From: Acidobacteriota bacterium
GTDB lineage: Bacteria; Acidobacteriota; UBA6911; RPQK01; JAJDTT01
Assembly (NCBI GenBank): GCA_965209055.1
Contig: OZ242374.1
Coordinates: forward strand, 544,001 to 608,000
Direction of reading: 5' to 3'
Length of the DNA: 64,000 nucleotides
Below, one piece after another: positions 10,070 through 18,460 of the stretch. The position numbers and the translations under genes are program-made. Every line of letters starts with the position of its first letter. Position 1 is the stretch's first letter. Below the pieces are notes generated by a model that worked only from the letters and a program-made list of their open reading frames with translations, was not told where the DNA came from and made no database searches.

Positions 10070-11122
10070 ATGCCCGATATCAGGATCGATCTGTACAGCG
10101 ACACCTTGAGCATGCCCACTCCGGAGATGCGGCGTTTCGCCTGTTTTGCCCCGGTGGGGGACGAGCAGAAGGGAGAGGACCCCTCGGTCAACGAGCTGCA
10201 GGAGATGGTGGCGGAGATGCTGGGTAAGGAGGACGCGGTCTTCCTGCCTTCCGGGACCATGTGCAACCAGATCGGCCTGGCGGTCCATTGCCGGCCGGGA
10301 GACGTGATCCTGCTGGACCGGACCGCCCATCCCCTCATCGCCGAATCGGGAGGGACGGCGATCCTGGCGGCGTCCACGGCTTACCCCATCGACGGTCCCG
10401 ACGGAATGTTCACGCCGGAGCAAGTCAGAAACCTCATGTATCCGCCCAGCCGGTACCGCCCCACCATGCGCGTCGTCTCCATCGAGCAGACGGTCAATGC
10501 TCCTGGCGGGCGCATCTGGCCCTTGGAACAGTTGCGGGAAGTCTGTGGAGTCGCTCACGAATGGGGATTGGGGACCCACATGGACGGCGCCCGGCTCTTC
10601 AACGCCTCGGTGGCCAGCGGGATCGGCGTCGCCGACTACGCCGCTACCCTGGACTCCGTCTGGATCGACCTGAGCAAGGGTCTCGGCGCTCCGGTGGGAG
10701 CCGTCCTGGCCGGAAGCCGGGAGTTCATCGAAGAGGCCTGGCAGTGGAAACAACGCATCGGCGGGGCGATGCGCCAGGCCGGGATCATCGCGGCGGCGGG
10801 GACCCACGCGCTGCGGCACCACATCTCCCGCCTGGCCGAGGACCATGAGAATGCCGGCCGATTGGCCCGCCACATCGCCGGGATCCCGGGTCTGGACATC
10901 GACCTGGACGCGGTCGAGACCAACATCGTGCGGTTCGACGCTGCCCGTCTCGGCATCTCGTGTCCCGAGTTCGCCCGGCGCCTGGAAGAGGAAGAGGGCG
11001 TTCGGGTCAGCACGCCCGGGCCCTTTCTGAGAGCCGTCACCTATATCGGCATCAGCGAGGCGGACGTGGACGAGGCCGCCGCCGCCATGCGCAGGCTGGC
11101 CATGAGAATTCGGAGCGGATGA
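10070..11122 (+). CDS. ltaE: Low-specificity L-threonine aldolase family (PLP)
   Basis: DLYSDT, SGTMCNQ, HMDGARLFNA, SKGLGAPVG (PLP lysine) and GGAMRQAG. Confidence 0.88.
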   Translation: MPDIRIDLYSDTLSMPTPEMRRFACFAPVGDEQKGEDPSVNELQEMVAEMLGKEDAVFLPSGTMCNQIGLAVHCRPGDVILLDRTAHPLIAESGGTAILAASTAYPIDGPDGMFTPEQVRNLMYPPSRYRPTMRVVSIEQTVNAPGGRIWPLEQLREVCGVAHEWGLGTHMDGARLFNASVASGIGVADYAATLDSVWIDLSKGLGAPVGAVLAGSREFIEEAWQWKQRIGGAMRQAGIIAAAGTHALRHHISRLAEDHENAGRLARHIAGIPGLDIDLDAVETNIVRFDAARLGISCPEFARRLEEEEGVRVSTPGPFLRAVTYIGISEADVDEAAAAMRRLAMRIRSG

Positions 11123-11137
11123 GTCATTCGAGAGGAA

Positions 11138-14100
11138 TCAACCCGTCGCGCGTGACGGCTGGCCCAGGGCCAGGTCCGGCCTTTCCTGGCGCCGGCGGCT
11201 CCACACCCGCTCGAGGACGAGAAAGAGGGTGGGGATCAGAAAGAGGGTCATGAAGGTGGAGGAGATCAGGCCGCCGATGAGGACCCGGGCCATGGGGACC
11301 TGAAGCTCGGCGCCCTCTCCGATTCCGATGGCCATGGGAGTGAGTCCCAGGACCGTGGTCAGAGTGGTCATCAGTATGGGCCGCAGACGCCGGCGGCCTC
11401 CCGTCAACAGGGCGTCCATCAGCGGCAGACCGTGTTGGCGATGAAGCTGCAGGACGTAGTCGACCAGGACGATGGCGTTGTTCACCACGATTCCCACCAG
11501 CATGATCAAGCCGATGAAGCCCTGGAGATTGAAGTTGGTCTGGGTCAGAAACAACGCCAGGATCACTCCGATGAAGGCGAGCGGGATGGAGAACATGATC
11601 AGAAACGGGTACTTGAACGACTCGAACTGCGCCGCCATCACCAGATAGACGAGAATCACCGCCAGCAGGAAGCTGATCTGCAACAGGAACCGGGCCTCCT
11701 CCTGCTCCTCCCATTCGCCCGAGAAGACCAGAGCGATGTCCGGAGACGTCGCCAATGGCCTCACCGCTACTTCCAACTCGCGGACCACCGATCCCATGTC
11801 GCGGGTTCCCGAGAGGTTGCCCGAGACCGAGACGATTCTCTGCTGATCCTTCCGGGAGATGGAATTCGGGCCTTCACTCCGGTTCAAATCCACCAGGGAG
11901 CGCAGCGGCACCACCGAACCCGCCGGAGTCTGGATCGGAATGGCCATGACGTCCTCGCTGCTCAGCCGATCCTCTTCCCGGTAACGCACCAGAATCTCGT
12001 ACTCGTCCCCGCCCTCCCGGAAGTAGCTGGCCACGGTGCCCCCGATGCTGGCGCGTACGGTGGTGGCGACGTTGGAGACGGTGAGGCCCATGGTGGCCGC
12101 CTTGGCCCGATCGATCCGGATGTGACTTTCGGGCCGGCCCGGGCTCCTGCTGATGGCGGCGTCGGAAACTCCCTCCAGCGACTCCATGATCCGCTTGATC
12201 TGCACGGCCAAGTTGAAACATTCGTTCATGTCGTGCCCGCGAATGTCGATGGAGAGGCGATCGCCTTCACTCTCGGTGGCCCAGCGCATGGCATAGTTGC
12301 CGCCGCTGGTGCGGACCCGGGGGACCACTCCCGGGAAGTCGGCGAACAACGGACGCAGGGCGTCGGCGATCTGCTGGCTGCTCCGCTCCCGCTGGGCCAG
12401 CGGGACCAGATAGACTCGAAGAGTCACCGTATTGGTGTTGGCCGTTCGCCAACCGCCCCGGGAACCGACCTCCACCAGCAGGTTGTCGAGTTCCGGAACC
12501 CGCTCCCGCACCAATCTCTCCGCCCGGTTCGCCAACTGGTCCGTCACCTCCAGCCGGGTCCCTTCGGCCAGCTCCAGCCGGACCCGCACCTGACCCTCGT
12601 CCGCCTCCGGCTGCAGTTCCAGGCCGATGAAGGGCACCAGCAAAAACCCGCCCACCACCACCAAGGCGCTGGTGGAAACGATCAGCGCCGGATGCCGCAG
12701 GGACCAGCGGAGGACACCCGAATAGCTCCGGTCCAATCCTTCCATCCACTGTGCGCCCTTTCGGGATAGAGCCTGGATCCAGCCGGCTCGATCAGGCTCT
12801 CTGACGCGGATGAAGCGGCTGGAGAGGAAGGGGACCAGAGTGAGCGACACCAACAGCGAACTGAACAGCGAGAAGGAGACCACCCAGGCCAGTTGCTGGA
12901 ACATGAGACCGGACATGCCGCTCATGAAAACGACCGGCAGGAATACGGCAATGGTGGTGAGGGTCGACGCAGTGATGGCGAGAGCCACCTCCTTGGTGGC
13001 GTTGCGGGCCGCCGCCTTCTTCTCCTCACCGTCCTGCCGGTGCCGGAAGATGTTCTCCAGCACGACGATGGCGTTGTCCACCAGCACTCCGACCCCCAGC
13101 GCCAGTCCGCCGAAGGTGATCACGTTCAACGTGAACCCGCTGAAATACATGAGGCCGAATGCGGCCAACACCGAAATGGGAATGGAGATGGCCACCACGA
13201 GCACGCTGCGAAAGTTGCGCAGGAACACCACCAGAATGAAGACGGCGAGGAGCGAACCAAAGAAAGCGGCGTTCCGAACATTGCCCACCGCCCGCGTGAT
13301 GAACTTGGAGGTGTCGTAGAGGGAGTAGACACGGACCTGCGGAAAGTCCCGGTTGATCCTCTCGATGGCCCGGTCCACCGACCGCGCCACCAGCACCGTG
13401 TTGGCTCCCGACTGCTTGCGGACGCCCATCCTGATGCCGGGGACGCCGTTGACCCGCACCAGGTGCCGGATTTCCTGATGGCTGTCCTCGACCGTGGCGA
13501 TGTCCTCGATATAAATCGGGGTGCCTTGCCGGATGGTCACCATGGTTCGACGGATTTCGTCCATCGAGGCGTACTCGCCCTCGGTTCGCATCAGCACTTC
13601 GAACGTGTCCTCAATGACGTGTCCGGCAGGCTCGTTCAGGTTCTCGCGGCGCAGTGCCGCCATGACCTGGGCCGGGCTGATGCGGAGGGTATGCATCTTG
13701 GCCCGGTCCATCACCACGTGGATCTCACGCTCCAAGCCTCCCCAGATATCGGCCTGGGCCACACCCGGAATCCTCTCGAACCGGTATTGGATCTGCTTCT
13801 CCGCGAATTCGCGCAACTCCCTGGGGGGCATCTCGCTGGAGATTCCCAGAAACATAATGGGGAAGATGCTCAGATCGTACTTGTACAAGGTCGGCGGATC
13901 CGCATCTTCGGGCAACTGTCCGCGAATCCGGTCGATCCGGGCGCGGAGTTCTTCAGCGCCCGCATCCAGGTTCACTCCCCACTCGAAAGAGACCCGCACG
14001 CGGCTGGTCCCCTCGGAGGACCGCGAAGTCATTTCCTTGATGCCGGGAGTGGAAGCCAGGGCCCGTTCCAGAGGAATGGTGATCAGTTCCTCGATCTCCC

Positions 14101-14269
14101 GGGGCCCCACGCCCTGATAGGTGGTGGTCACGCTGATGGTGGGAAAAGAGACGTCCGGCATCAAGTCGACCGGGAGGTTGAGAAAGGAGATCCCGCCCAT
14201 GAGGGCAACGATGAGGAAGACGACGACGATGAAGACGGGGCGACGGATCGCCAGATCGGGAAGACTCAT
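11138..14269 (-). CDS. RND efflux permease (AcrB/AcrD/AcrF family)
   Basis: 1043 aa; GVLVDNAIVVLENI, GIVVNNAIVLVD and RLRPILMT motifs. Confidence 0.95.
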   Translation of the reverse strand: MSLPDLAIRRPVFIVVVFLIVALMGGISFLNLPVDLMPDVSFPTISVTTTYQGVGPREIEELITIPLERALASTPGIKEMTSRSSEGTSRVRVSFEWGVNLDAGAEELRARIDRIRGQLPEDADPPTLYKYDLSIFPIMFLGISSEMPPRELREFAEKQIQYRFERIPGVAQADIWGGLEREIHVVMDRAKMHTLRISPAQVMAALRRENLNEPAGHVIEDTFEVLMRTEGEYASMDEIRRTMVTIRQGTPIYIEDIATVEDSHQEIRHLVRVNGVPGIRMGVRKQSGANTVLVARSVDRAIERINRDFPQVRVYSLYDTSKFITRAVGNVRNAAFFGSLLAVFILVVFLRNFRSVLVVAISIPISVLAAFGLMYFSGFTLNVITFGGLALGVGVLVDNAIVVLENIFRHRQDGEEKKAAARNATKEVALAITASTLTTIAVFLPVVFMSGMSGLMFQQLAWVVSFSLFSSLLVSLTLVPFLSSRFIRVREPDRAGWIQALSRKGAQWMEGLDRSYSGVLRWSLRHPALIVSTSALVVVGGFLLVPFIGLELQPEADEGQVRVRLELAEGTRLEVTDQLANRAERLVRERVPELDNLLVEVGSRGGWRTANTNTVTLRVYLVPLAQRERSSQQIADALRPLFADFPGVVPRVRTSGGNYAMRWATESEGDRLSIDIRGHDMNECFNLAVQIKRIMESLEGVSDAAISRSPGRPESHIRIDRAKAATMGLTVSNVATTVRASIGGTVASYFREGGDEYEILVRYREEDRLSSEDVMAIPIQTPAGSVVPLRSLVDLNRSEGPNSISRKDQQRIVSVSGNLSGTRDMGSVVRELEVAVRPLATSPDIALVFSGEWEEQEEARFLLQISFLLAVILVYLVMAAQFESFKYPFLIMFSIPLAFIGVILALFLTQTNFNLQGFIGLIMLVGIVVNNAIVLVDYVLQLHRQHGLPLMDALLTGGRRRLRPILMTTLTTVLGLTPMAIGIGEGAELQVPMARVLIGGLISSTFMTLFLIPTLFLVLERVWSRRRQERPDLALGQPSRATG

Positions 14270-15399
14270 TCGGACCTCACCGCATCCCCTTCGTTCAAGT
14301 TCTGGGCTCCGGAGGCGACCACCTCGGATCCATCCTCCAAGCCGGCCAGAACTTCGACCACGTCGCCCTCGATGCGACCGATCTCGATATCACGGAACAC
14401 CGTGGTCCGTTCCTTGGTCAGAAAATAGACACCGTGCCGCTCGCCGCGGGTCAGCAACGCCGAACGGGGGATGCTGAGCGCCGTCTCGGAGATTCTGGCG
14501 TCGATCCTCACGTGGGCGAACATCCCCGGTTTCAGCATCCCGTCGCGGTTCACGATCTCGATCTCGACGTCGGCGCTCCGCGTCTCCGGATTGAGGAAGG
14601 GACTGATCCGGGTGACGGTTCCCTGGTACACCCGGTCGGGATAGACGTCCACCACGACCCGGGCCGGAAGACCCACCCGGATGCTGCTGATTCCGCTTTC
14701 CGAGACCGGGACCACGGTCTTGACCCGCTCCAGTTCCAGCACCGAGACGATAGTCACGCTGGGGTTCACCAGCGCGCCCGGCTCCAGGTGACGGACTCCG
14801 ACGAAGCCGTCCAGCGGTGAGTAGATCCGGGTCTGGCCGTGCTGAATCTTGTACTCGCTGAGCGAGGCCTCCGCCTGCCTGACCTGCGCCCGAACCAGAT
14901 CCAACTGCGCCTGCGACACCCGCATCCGGTTGACCAGATCCTCCAGGTCCTGATTCGAGATGAGATTTTCTTCGTGGAGCTCACGGTACCGCGCGACCTG
15001 GACCTTCAGGTTCTCGTTGGTGGCCTCCTCCCGGCTCACCGCGGCGGTGGCCACGGCCACGGCGGCCTCGGCCCGGTGAATCTGCTGCAGGAGATCCACG
15101 TCGTCGACCACCGCCAGCAGTTGTCCCTTGCTGACCGGATCCCCCCGGTCGGCCAGAACCTGCTGGAGGCGTCCGCTGATCCGGGACATGACCTCGACCA
15201 CCGCTTGGGGCCTCAACTCGCCCAGGAGGTCCAGATTGGTCTCAAACGCGTGAGGCCGTACGGTAGCGGTCTCGACCAGAAGCGCCGGTCCCCGTTGCGG
15301 CGCGTCCATGGACTCCACCGCCAACTCGCGATAGAGGCGCAGTCCCACCCACGCCAACAGGGCACCCAGAATCAGGACGACGAAAAGGCGCTTCAACAA
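14266..15399 (-). CDS. RND membrane-fusion (periplasmic adaptor) protein
   Basis: N-terminal anchor, SRISGRL, SPLDG and LKPGMF; overlaps the permease gene by 4 bp. Confidence 0.93.
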   Translation of the reverse strand: MLKRLFVVLILGALLAWVGLRLYRELAVESMDAPQRGPALLVETATVRPHAFETNLDLLGELRPQAVVEVMSRISGRLQQVLADRGDPVSKGQLLAVVDDVDLLQQIHRAEAAVAVATAAVSREEATNENLKVQVARYRELHEENLISNQDLEDLVNRMRVSQAQLDLVRAQVRQAEASLSEYKIQHGQTRIYSPLDGFVGVRHLEPGALVNPSVTIVSVLELERVKTVVPVSESGISSIRVGLPARVVVDVYPDRVYQGTVTRISPFLNPETRSADVEIEIVNRDGMLKPGMFAHVRIDARISETALSIPRSALLTRGERHGVYFLTKERTTVFRDIEIGRIEGDVVEVLAGLEDGSEVVASGAQNLNEGDAVRSE

Positions 15400-15499
15400 G
15401 TCCGCTCTCCCGGAATCAGACCAGTGTAGTCCTTTCCTGATTCAAGATCAGCCAGGAATTCTTCCGGCGTCAGCCTGTGACCGAGCAATCCTCCTGTGA

Positions 15500-18460
15500 T
15501 TGGTGCCGGGATTTTGCCGATGCTATTTTGATAGGGATCTTCGGAACCGGACTCATCCATTGAGGCAAGCGGCGCGAAAACTCGGCTTCCTGGTTGCGGC
15601 CTACCTCCTGTCATCCGGCTGCGGGACCGGGCCGGATCCGGACACGGCGCTGCCATCGGACCTGACATCCGGGAAACGATGCTTCCTGATCGAGTTGGGC
15701 CTCGACGATCCCCGGCCCTCCGATTGGAGTGGACGCCTGGAAGCGGAGCCCGGTTCCGTACAGTTGCTGCCGTGGCGAATCAACGGGGACACTTCGGTGG
15801 GGCCAGGATCCTCCTGGAGCGCCCGGACCCGGAGATTCGACGCGCGCCGACCCAACTACTGGGAAGAACCCACCCAGAATCAGATGTTTGTCGGCGGCGA
15901 CCCCCTCCGCAGCACCACCGCCTACTCCAGGTTGGTCTGGCCGGGCCTCTTGGCGGTGACGGCGCAGCCCGGGGAGTGGGCTCTCTCAACTCCAAGGGGA
16001 CTGCTGCAGATCGACACCCGCAACTTGAAACCGGGGCTGAGAAGGTTCGAACTGGCGGGACAAGTGGCGGCCAGCCAGGTGCCTCTGTTTCAGGTTCTGA
16101 CCCGGGAAGAGACCTATGACGACTTCCCCGCCCTGGCGGCGGACGAAGCAGGTTGCCGGGTCGGTTGGATCGAATTCAGGGACGGCGTCCAACGGATTCT
16201 GAGCCGCCGCTTGTCCGGAGGGACCTGGTCTCCCCCAGTGGAGATCCGGGAGGGTCAGGATCTCTCCGACCTTCAGATGGTGCGAACCGGGGCCGGCAGG
16301 TTCTGGTGGATCTGGTCGCAGCAACTTGAGGACAACTGGGACCTGTACGCCCGCTCTGGGGAGGACGGCGTGCTGGGGCCGGTGACGCGCCTCACCGAGG
16401 ATCCGCGTCCCGACCTGTACCCGCGGGCCACGGCCGGTCCCGGCGGCGAGGTCCACCTGGTGTGGCAAGGCTTTCGCGGTTCCCAATCGGACGTGCTTAT
16501 CAAGACCCTCCGAGGCGGTTCCTGGGGGCCGGAACGGAAGGTGAGCCGTACGGCGGCGAACGACTGGAAGCCGGCCGTCGCGGCGGATTCCCAGGGCGGC
16601 GTTCACGTGGTCTGGGATTCGTACGAACGAGGCGACTACGATCTTCAACTGCGCCGGGTGGGTCCCCAGGAAATGGGCAAGATCATCCCGGTGGCCCGCT
16701 CCAGGAAATTCGAAGGCTACGCCGATGTGGCGTGTGACGCCCAGGACCGGGTCTGGATCGCCTGGAACGAATCGGGCCCCAACTGGGGGAAGGACTCGGG
16801 CTTCTGGATCGACCGTTCGCGGCAGACCTTCCTGGACGAGCGGACCATCCGCGTGGCGGTCTGGGACGGGGATCGATGGAGCCGCCCGCTGGAGGAGGTG
16901 TCCCAAGCTCTGGAGGACCATTTCTCGAGGCTTTCCCGGGGCGGACTGCGGCGCTACCGCCCACCCGCAGCTCAGGTCCGGTTTCGCAACGACAATGAGC
17001 TCCCACGGCTGTTCTGGGACCGGCAGGGACGAATGTGGCTCTTCTTCCGCCACCAAGTATCCACGGCAGGCGACGGCGCTTCGCATCGACCGGGCTGGGA
17101 GGTTTACGGCGTCTTCTACCAAGGCTCCTCCTGGTCCACACCCATGTTGGTTCCTCGCAGCACAGGGAGGCTGGACATGCCCCTGGCGCTGGACGCCTCC
17201 ACGGACGGCACGTTGTGGATGGCGTGGCTCACGGACCACCGGTCGATTCACCGCGCCACGCCTGACTCCAGGCTCCTGCAAGAAGACGTGGTGGTGGGAC
17301 GGTTGGAGCTTGCCCGCAACGGCGAAGTGTCCCGTCTGAAGGGGCATCACCCTCGAGAAGAACCCATCGAGCCATACCACCCGGACGAGCCGGGCGACCT
17401 GGACCGGATCCGGTCCTACCGCGTGAAGTTGGACGGAAAAACCTACCGGATCGTCCGGGGAGACATGCACCGCCACACCGACTACTCCCAGGACGGCGGG
17501 CTGGACAGTTCGCTGCACGAGACCTACCGCTACGCCCTGGACGCCGCCTCTCTGGACTTTCTGGCCATCACCGACCACTACCCGGGCGAATACGTCTGGT
17601 GGGAGACCCAGAAATCGCTCCAACGGTTCCACCTCCCCGGCAGGTTCGTCCCGTTGTTGGGATACGAACGAAACCTGGGCTACCCCAACGGGCACCGGAA
17701 CGTGGTCTTTGCCGGCAGAGGCGCGCCCGTGCTTGACGCCGGACCCAGGGAGCGTTCGGGCGAAGTCAACAGCGGAGCAGTCCTCTACGAATACCTCAGA
17801 AAATACGATGGACTCGCCATGCCCCACACCTCGGGCACCCCCACCATGGGGACCGACTGGCGGGACCATGCCGAGGACGTGGAGCCGCTGGTGGAGATTT
17901 TCCAGGGGGACCGGACCTCCTACGAACGTCCGGGAGCGCCCCTGGCGGCGGTTCGGGACAACAACGCCACTCACCGGGGCGGCTATCTCGAGGAGGGCTT
18001 CGTCTGGAAGGCCTGGGAGAAGGGGTACCGGCTGGGCGTCCAGGCCAGCTCCGACCACTGGTCCACCCACTACTCCTACGCCTGCCTGCTGGTGGAACGC
18101 TTCGACGCCCAGGGGTTGATGGACGCCATGCGCCGCCGCCACTCCTACGCCGCTACCGACAACATCGTCCTCGATTTCAGGGCGGAACACGGCGGCCGCA
18201 CCCACATCATGGGAGACGCCTTCGACGCAGACTCCGGGGCCACGTTGCGGGTGCACGCCGAGGGGACCGGACCGGTTGCCGACGTGGTCCTGATCCGGGA
18301 CAACCGGGTCGTCTACACCCGAAAGCCGGGCGGGAGCCGCGTGGACTTCTCTTTCCTGGAAACGGATCCGGTACCCGGAACACACTTCTACTACGTCCGC
18401 CTCCAGCAGGCCGACGGTCACGTGGCCTGGTCGTCCCCCATCTGGATCACCTATCGTTGA
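15500..18460 (+). CDS. Large exported protein: beta-propeller plus PHP-like metallohydrolase (DUF3604/CehA-like)
   Basis: Repeated PxxAxDxxGxVHxVW blades; GDMHRHTDYSQDG, LAITDH, PHT, VEIFQ and ASSDH metal-ligand motifs. Start uncertain. Confidence 0.75.
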   Translation: MVPGFCRCYFDRDLRNRTHPLRQAARKLGFLVAAYLLSSGCGTGPDPDTALPSDLTSGKRCFLIELGLDDPRPSDWSGRLEAEPGSVQLLPWRINGDTSVGPGSSWSARTRRFDARRPNYWEEPTQNQMFVGGDPLRSTTAYSRLVWPGLLAVTAQPGEWALSTPRGLLQIDTRNLKPGLRRFELAGQVAASQVPLFQVLTREETYDDFPALAADEAGCRVGWIEFRDGVQRILSRRLSGGTWSPPVEIREGQDLSDLQMVRTGAGRFWWIWSQQLEDNWDLYARSGEDGVLGPVTRLTEDPRPDLYPRATAGPGGEVHLVWQGFRGSQSDVLIKTLRGGSWGPERKVSRTAANDWKPAVAADSQGGVHVVWDSYERGDYDLQLRRVGPQEMGKIIPVARSRKFEGYADVACDAQDRVWIAWNESGPNWGKDSGFWIDRSRQTFLDERTIRVAVWDGDRWSRPLEEVSQALEDHFSRLSRGGLRRYRPPAAQVRFRNDNELPRLFWDRQGRMWLFFRHQVSTAGDGASHRPGWEVYGVFYQGSSWSTPMLVPRSTGRLDMPLALDASTDGTLWMAWLTDHRSIHRATPDSRLLQEDVVVGRLELARNGEVSRLKGHHPREEPIEPYHPDEPGDLDRIRSYRVKLDGKTYRIVRGDMHRHTDYSQDGGLDSSLHETYRYALDAASLDFLAITDHYPGEYVWWETQKSLQRFHLPGRFVPLLGYERNLGYPNGHRNVVFAGRGAPVLDAGPRERSGEVNSGAVLYEYLRKYDGLAMPHTSGTPTMGTDWRDHAEDVEPLVEIFQGDRTSYERPGAPLAAVRDNNATHRGGYLEEGFVWKAWEKGYRLGVQASSDHWSTHYSYACLLVERFDAQGLMDAMRRRHSYAATDNIVLDFRAEHGGRTHIMGDAFDADSGATLRVHAEGTGPVADVVLIRDNRVVYTRKPGGSRVDFSFLETDPVPGTHFYYVRLQQADGHVAWSSPIWITYR

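Noticed and set aside
11138-15399. RND pair without an outer-membrane factor as a novelty
   Set aside because: TolC-type genes are commonly encoded elsewhere in the genome.
15986-18421. Long antisense ORFs (also 1047-2573, 2407-4035, 4347-5747, 34804-36351, 42572-44572, 58598-60691)
   Set aside because: They mirror well-supported genes on the other strand, carry no motifs, and are expected in high-GC DNA.
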